NCBI GenBank assembly: GCA_943704415.1
Contig: CALSCO010001273.1
Coordinates: forward strand, 1-39,117
Origin: Parvularia atlantis
Lineage: Eukaryota
Direction: 5' to 3'
Length of the DNA: 39,117 nt
Position 1 is the stretch's first letter. Each line of letters opens with the position of its first letter. Below the pieces are notes generated by a model, which saw nothing but the letters and a program-made list of their open reading frames with translations, was not told the DNA's origin and searched no databases. Positions 33,426-39,117 of this stretch are shown piece by piece. Position numbers and translations under genes: made by a program.

Positions 33426-36400
33426 ATGGCGGCCAAGGCGGTGCAGGACGCCGTGATGCAGATCACGGCGCTCGAGGCCGTGCCCCTGAGCGACAACCAG
33501 CCGCTGAACGAGGTGCGCTGCGCGCGCGCCCGCCCGCTGTGTGCGCGGGCCCGCTGAACCCGCTCTCGCGCGCACACTACAGGCCGCGCCAGCGAGCATC
33601 GTGTACGAAAACATCCACAGCGCGGGCTTTGTCGACGTCAACGCCTTCGCCAACGAGCGCTTCGAGTTCTACACGCAGGAGATCGACCACATCTCGCGCC
33701 TCGTAAGCGGCGTCCCGCTTGTTGCTCGTTCGGGCCGCGCGCCTCACACGGATCCGCAGAACGACAACCTGGCGGCGGGCGAGGCGTTCCTGTCGCTGCT
33801 GTACGCGTACCGCAGCGTGTCGCGCGCCGTGCCGCAGGTCCAGCAGCACGACCAGAGCAACAAGTTTGAGATCTACGAGCGCACGTACGAGGTGCTCCGG
33901 CCCGAGGTCATCAAGATGAAGCAGCTCATGGTCTTCAGCGAGAAGTCGGTCCTGCTCGTGAAGGAGATTGTTGAAAAGGCGCGCGCCCGCGGCGGGGTGG
34001 CGTGGCAGTACCGCGGCTGACGCGATGCGCCGCGCAGGTCACGAACGAGCGCAAGAAGGACAAGGGCGTGTTCTCGTCCCAGCGCTTCCTCATCAAGCTC
34101 GCCGAGACTCTCAACATGTTTATGGTCATCGACGCGCTCAAGAACATGAAGACGTCGCTCAACAACGACTTTGCCATGTACAAGCGGTGCGTGCGCCCCC
34201 ACTGCACCTGTGCCCGTGCCACTCGCGCGAGACCAACGTCGTCCGCATGCAGCGCCCTGTCCAACATGAAGAAGAGCGCGCAGTCGGGCGAGGACGAGAC
34301 GATGGAGAACCAGAAGGCGCGTGGCGACCCTCGGCGTGGGCGTGTGCGTGTGCGGGCTGACGCAGATGCGCAGCTGTACATGTTCCTCGCCTCGCACGAC
34401 TCGTTCTCGCTCAACCTCAAGAAGGAGCTCTCGACGCTGCAGTGCGAGGTGCGCGCGCTGGCACCGCCCGTGCGCCTTCTCACGTCAACGCCGCGCCACA
34501 AAGGACACGCTCGTCGACCTGATCAACCTGTGCTCGGAGCTGTACGACGACCAGATGTACATCTTCCCTGAGACGAAGCACGTCTACCTCAAGGTACGCG
34601 CGTGCACGTCGCTGCCGCTCGACGTTCGACGCGCGTGCCGCGGCGCGCAGGCGATGGCGTTCGGCCTGTACCTGATCGACCAGGACAACGCGACCGAGAA
34701 GAACAACATCCTCAAGAACAAGAAGATCAAGCTGGAACGCTTTGGCAAGATCTTCAAGGTGCGCGTGGGCCCTCTCGCATGCCACCCTGACGCTGGCGCA
34801 CAGGGCACGCCCGTCGTGCCGCTCTTTGGCGACCTCTCGACCACGATCGTCTCGATCCTCAAGAAGGCCAAGAACATCGACGACACCAAGTGGGCCTACG
34901 ACGCCGCCGACGACAGCCTGCGCAAGACGTACATGCTCACGACGTCGTTCGATGAGACGCGCGCCGAGTACCGCCAGTTTGTGGCCGAGTTTGGCGTCAT
35001 GAGCAACGAGGTCGGTGTCCGGGTCGCGCTTGCCCTCGTGCTTGTGACTGAGCCGGTGCGCGTAAACAGATGAAGCTGCTTCGCGCGTCACAGCAGCCGA
35101 TCCTGCCCATGCGCGCCCGCGTCGTCTACGACCTCATGCTTAAGGGCTGCAAGCTCGTGTCCAAGTGGACGTCGATGGTGCTCGAACAGGTGCGCCGCGC
35201 GTGTGAGGGCGTCGCAGGCGGTCACTGAGTCATGGATCCAGAGCGCGTGGAAGTTCTCGAACCCGACGAACCCCTACACAAACGCCGAGTGCCCCGACAA
35301 GGCCACCGACTACGAGAAGGTCGTGCGGTACAACTACAACAGCGCCGAGCGCTTTGTACTGATCGAGGTGCGCGGCCGTGCCCATCTTGCGTGCGCTGAC
35401 ACCCCCACCCAATGCGCGTGCGCAGTACATCACGATGATCAAGACGGCCAAGAGCATGATGAACCAGGCTCTGCCGCTGGTGCGTTTTCGCGCGTGCCGG
35501 TCGTGCTTTGCGGAGCTCAACCGCGCCGGCGCCGTCGGCCAGGTCAACGACGTCGTGGCGCAGAACGTGTACCTGCAGCTACAGTACTTCCTCAGCGGGC
35601 CGTTTGCCGAGATCATCGGCCACGTGTCCAAGAAGAAGAAGGGCATCGTCAGGTGCGTGATCTGCGCGCGCGCGCGATCCGCAGACATAGGCTGACCCGG
35701 CTGGCGCAGCGCGCTCATGCTCGCGCGCGACATCGCCGCTGACGTGGCCCAAGCAACCGAGTCGGCCGCCCAGAAGGTGCACCTGCCGCGTGCTCGCATG
35801 CGCCGTGCTCACTGTCCTGCCACAGGGCTCGACGATCAAAAAGGGCAAGACGCTGGCGGGCGCCTCCACGGCCGTCGAGGGCGTGACGATCGCGGCGCGG
35901 AGCGTCGGCACGTCCGAGACGCAGCTCACGCTCCTGCGCGCCCTGCTCGACTCGGCGTTCAACGAGAAGGCCCCCGGCATGAAGGGCGGGTTTATGAAGG
36001 ACACGGACTTCACAGCGCCGCAGGTGGCCGAGATGACCAAGTTCTTCAACGACTCGTTCTTCTACCCGTACATGCTCGACCTGTCGGGTGCGTCGGGCGC
36101 GCGCGCGGCGGTGACCAGCGCTGACGGCGCGTGCCGGCCCCGCAGACACGCTGCAGCGCTGCGGCGACCTGTCCGAGCTGTGGTTCAAGGAGTTTTACCT
36201 CGAGCTCAGCAAGGAGATTCAGGTGTGTGCTTGCCGTGCGAGTGCGCTGGTGCAGCAAGGTGCCTGATCGGCGCGCGCAGTTCCCGATCGAGATGTCCCT
36301 GCCGTGGATCCTCACGGACCACATCCTCGAGGCCGACGCGCCCGAGTACATGGAGAGCGTCCTGTTCCCGCTCGACCTGTACAATGACGCCGCGCACCGC

Positions 36401-39096
36401 TCCCTGCACAAGCTGCGCGCACAGTTCCTGTACGACGAGATCGAGGCCGAGGTGCGCGCGGCCGTGGCCACCGCGGGCAGCGCGGGCAGCGCGCTGACGG
36501 TGCCGCGCCGCCAGGTCAACCTCGCGTTTGACCAGTTCATCTTCAAGCTGTCGAACAACATCTTCACCCACTTCAAGGCGCGCGCGTCAAGGTGCGGCTG
36601 CCGCGAGCGCAAGCGTGCGTGCGTTCGTGGAGGACTGATGTTGCGGCGGCGCGCACGTGCAGCATCATGCTCAACAAGGAGTACAAGCACCTGCTTGAGG
36701 AGATCTTCGGCGACCAGCGCTGGGACGCGCCGCGTGGGCGTTTCGAGACGATCCTGCAGCAGCGGCACTTCCAGGTGCGCTGCGACGGCCCTGTCAGTGT
36801 GCGCGCGCCACGCTCACGCCAGCGCGCAGCTCCTCGGCCGCTCGGTCGACGTGAGCAAGCTGCTGTCGCAGCGCATGCTCATCTTCCTCAAGCGCTCGCT
36901 CGACGTCGCCATCTCGCGCTACGAGAGCAGCGACTTCACGGGCATCCTCGTGCGCCACCGCGCCCGCGCCTGTGGCTGGTCGCGCGCCACACTTACCGCA
37001 CACCTCCCTACAGGAGCTCAAGTACCTGATGGAGCAGAACCGGCTCACGCACGCGCTCCTGTCTGAGTACCTCGCGCTTGACCCGTTCGAGAGCCTCCTG
37101 GGCGAGGTGCGATCGGGGCGTGCGGTGCGGCTGCACCCCGTGCTCACCCGCCCTGGCCCGCCCGCGCAGATCGACGAGGAAATCTCGCTCACGTCGTTCA
37201 ACGGCCGCATCGTCACGCACACGGTGACCGAGCTCCTGACCGACGTCGTGCCCAACTACTGCTACAACTCGGTCACGGAACGGTGCGGCATGCACTGCTG
37301 CATGGCGCGCGAGCGTGGCCCTGAAGTCGTGAGCAGGTTCATCCGCGCGATGGTCCAGCTGACCGACGTAATCCAGCGCTCGCACGCGCCCAAGGCCCAG
37401 CCGAGCTTTTTGTTTGGCTCGAAGGTGCGTGAGACGCCCGCTAGCTGCGCATGCTTGACGAACGAACTGACGCTTGGCGCTTCGCAGAGCCTCAACTCGG
37501 CCTTCCAACAGGTGTGCAACATGCACTCGGGGTACATCGGCCAGGTGCACTTCTCGGCCATGATCGAGCTGCTCGGCCGCAAGTACATGTCGGTGATCTT
37601 TGGCGACCTGGCGCAGAACTGCCAGAACACGGTGCGGGCGGTTGCGGCGCGCCTTTGGTGCTGACGCGGCCCGCGCGCAGTTCAACACGAGCACGTCCGT
37701 GTACACGCAGGCGCTCATCCGCGGCATGCCGCAGTCGTCCAAGCTGCCGCTGTTCCAATTTGGCATGAAGGGTGCGCGACCCGCGCGCTTGCGTGTGCAC
37801 AGCAGGCGCTCAGCCGCACGTGTGCGCACCCCACAGGCACCTACGACTACTTCTCGCTCATCCTCAAGCCGATCCTGACGTACCCGTACCTCAAGTCGGA
37901 GGTGTTCCAGTCGTTCCGCGAGATCGGCAACACGATCTTGATCATGCACACGCTCGACAAGTTCTTGGTGCGCTGCACTCGCCTAGTGGGTGAGCGCGGC
38001 GCTCACCCCCGCGCGCGCACAGCAACACGACGACGTCTCGCTCGTCGTCCAGACCGCGCCGTTCCTCAGCCTGCGGTCGCAGGAGTCGCGTGACGTGCAG
38101 CCCGACCTGCCGTCGCTCAAGGACATCATGGCGCAGGCGAATGACCTGCTGGCGTCGTCGGGCACGACGGTGGTGCGTGGCGCGCGCGAGGCACACGGTT
38201 CGCGGCGCTCACCGACCCGCGGACAGAAATTCGCTGAGATGGGCGCGCGCGTGGACGAGCTGTACCGCCCACGCAACGCCTCGTCGTCGCTCATGCAGCA
38301 GTTCCTGATCAAGTTCAACGCCGTGCTCGAGCCGGTGCGCGGGCCGCGCCCGCCCGTATGCGTGACCTCTGACTGCCCGCGCAGTTCCGCGGCGAGTGGC
38401 GCGGCGCGATCCCGAGCAACGACGTGCTCGAGGTCGACTTTTGCACCGAGTTCTACCGAGTGTGGTCGGCCATCCAGTTTGCGTTTGTGACGCCGTCGTT
38501 TAACGAGAACGAGTTTACGCCGCGGTACGTGCCTCCGTCGGTGTTGAGCCGCAGTGCCGCGCGCTGACGCTCGTGTGTGCCCGCAGCGAGCTGTTTGGCG
38601 AGGGCCTGCAGTGGGCCGGCTGCACGATCATCCACCTGCTCGGGCAGCGGCACCGCTTCGAGGCCTTTGATTTCTCGATGCACATGATCAACGTGGCCAT
38701 CGTTGACAAGACTCCGCTGGGCACGGTGGCCGGCGTGGACCTGAGCAAACTGGTCGAGAACGCGATCTTCTACCGTAGCGTGAACGGAGACATCTTCCAG
38801 CTGCTGCAGCGCTCGCGGCCGGTCGTGAACGAGCGCTTCGGCGTGTTCCACCCGCCGCAGACCGACGGTACGGGGCGGCGGTGGGCCTGGGTGCGCGCGC
38901 GTGCGGCTGACGCACTCGTGCGACGCAGGGCCAGAGGGCACGCCGGGCGCCGAGGCCGTGTACGACTCGTACCCAGGCGAGCACGGCACGGCCAAGCGCA
39001 TCGTGCTGCAGAAGGTGCGCTCTCGCTGGGCGCCGGTGCTCGCGCTCACGATCGTGCGCACGCACGCAGCTGAACTCGGTGGCGGCTGGACCGTAA
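33426..39096 (+). CDS. CYFIP: CYFIP/Sra1/PIR121, Rac-binding subunit of the WAVE regulatory complex; about 28 introns
   Basis: [164 protein letters not shown]; last exon LNSVAAGP* ends at 39096. Confidence 0.95.
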
Positions 39097-39117
39097 GCAT
39101 CTAGTTTCCCCCCCCCC

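Noticed and set aside
39107..39117. Terminal poly-C as a telomere
   Set aside because: A short homopolymer at the window edge with no telomeric repeat unit; likely a simple run or an artefact.

Overview
GC-rich, very gene-dense eukaryotic genomic DNA with many short (about 50-70 nt) spliceosomal introns (donor mostly GTGCGY, branch point CTRAC/CTCAC, YAG acceptor), so most long ORFs in the track are exon/intron read-throughs or shadows. Splicing by eye gives about 15 genes, mostly on alternating strands: an intronless AAA+ ATPase (+), OsmC/YhfA-like (-), TRIC/TMEM38-like channel (+), tandem-domain RasGAP (-), IMP3 (+), forkhead TF (+), WD40-like (-), Q-rich HAM1/DUF4449-like (+), LIMR/LMBR1 (-), a disordered protein (+), a MENTAL-like TM + FFAT-like + TTC39 fusion (+), a small spliced ORF (-), Zn2Cys6 TF (+), FAE1-type 3-ketoacyl-CoA synthase (-) and CYFIP/Sra1 (+). 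The gene mix suggests an amoeboid protist, possibly Amoebozoa (inference). The best novelty candidates are the STARD3-like anchor fused to TTC39, a RasGAP with an active plus a pseudo-GAP domain, an ATG split by an intron, start codons only 19-39 bp apart, and frequent GC-AG introns. All family calls come from remembered motifs, with no database searches; intron boundaries are manual predictions.
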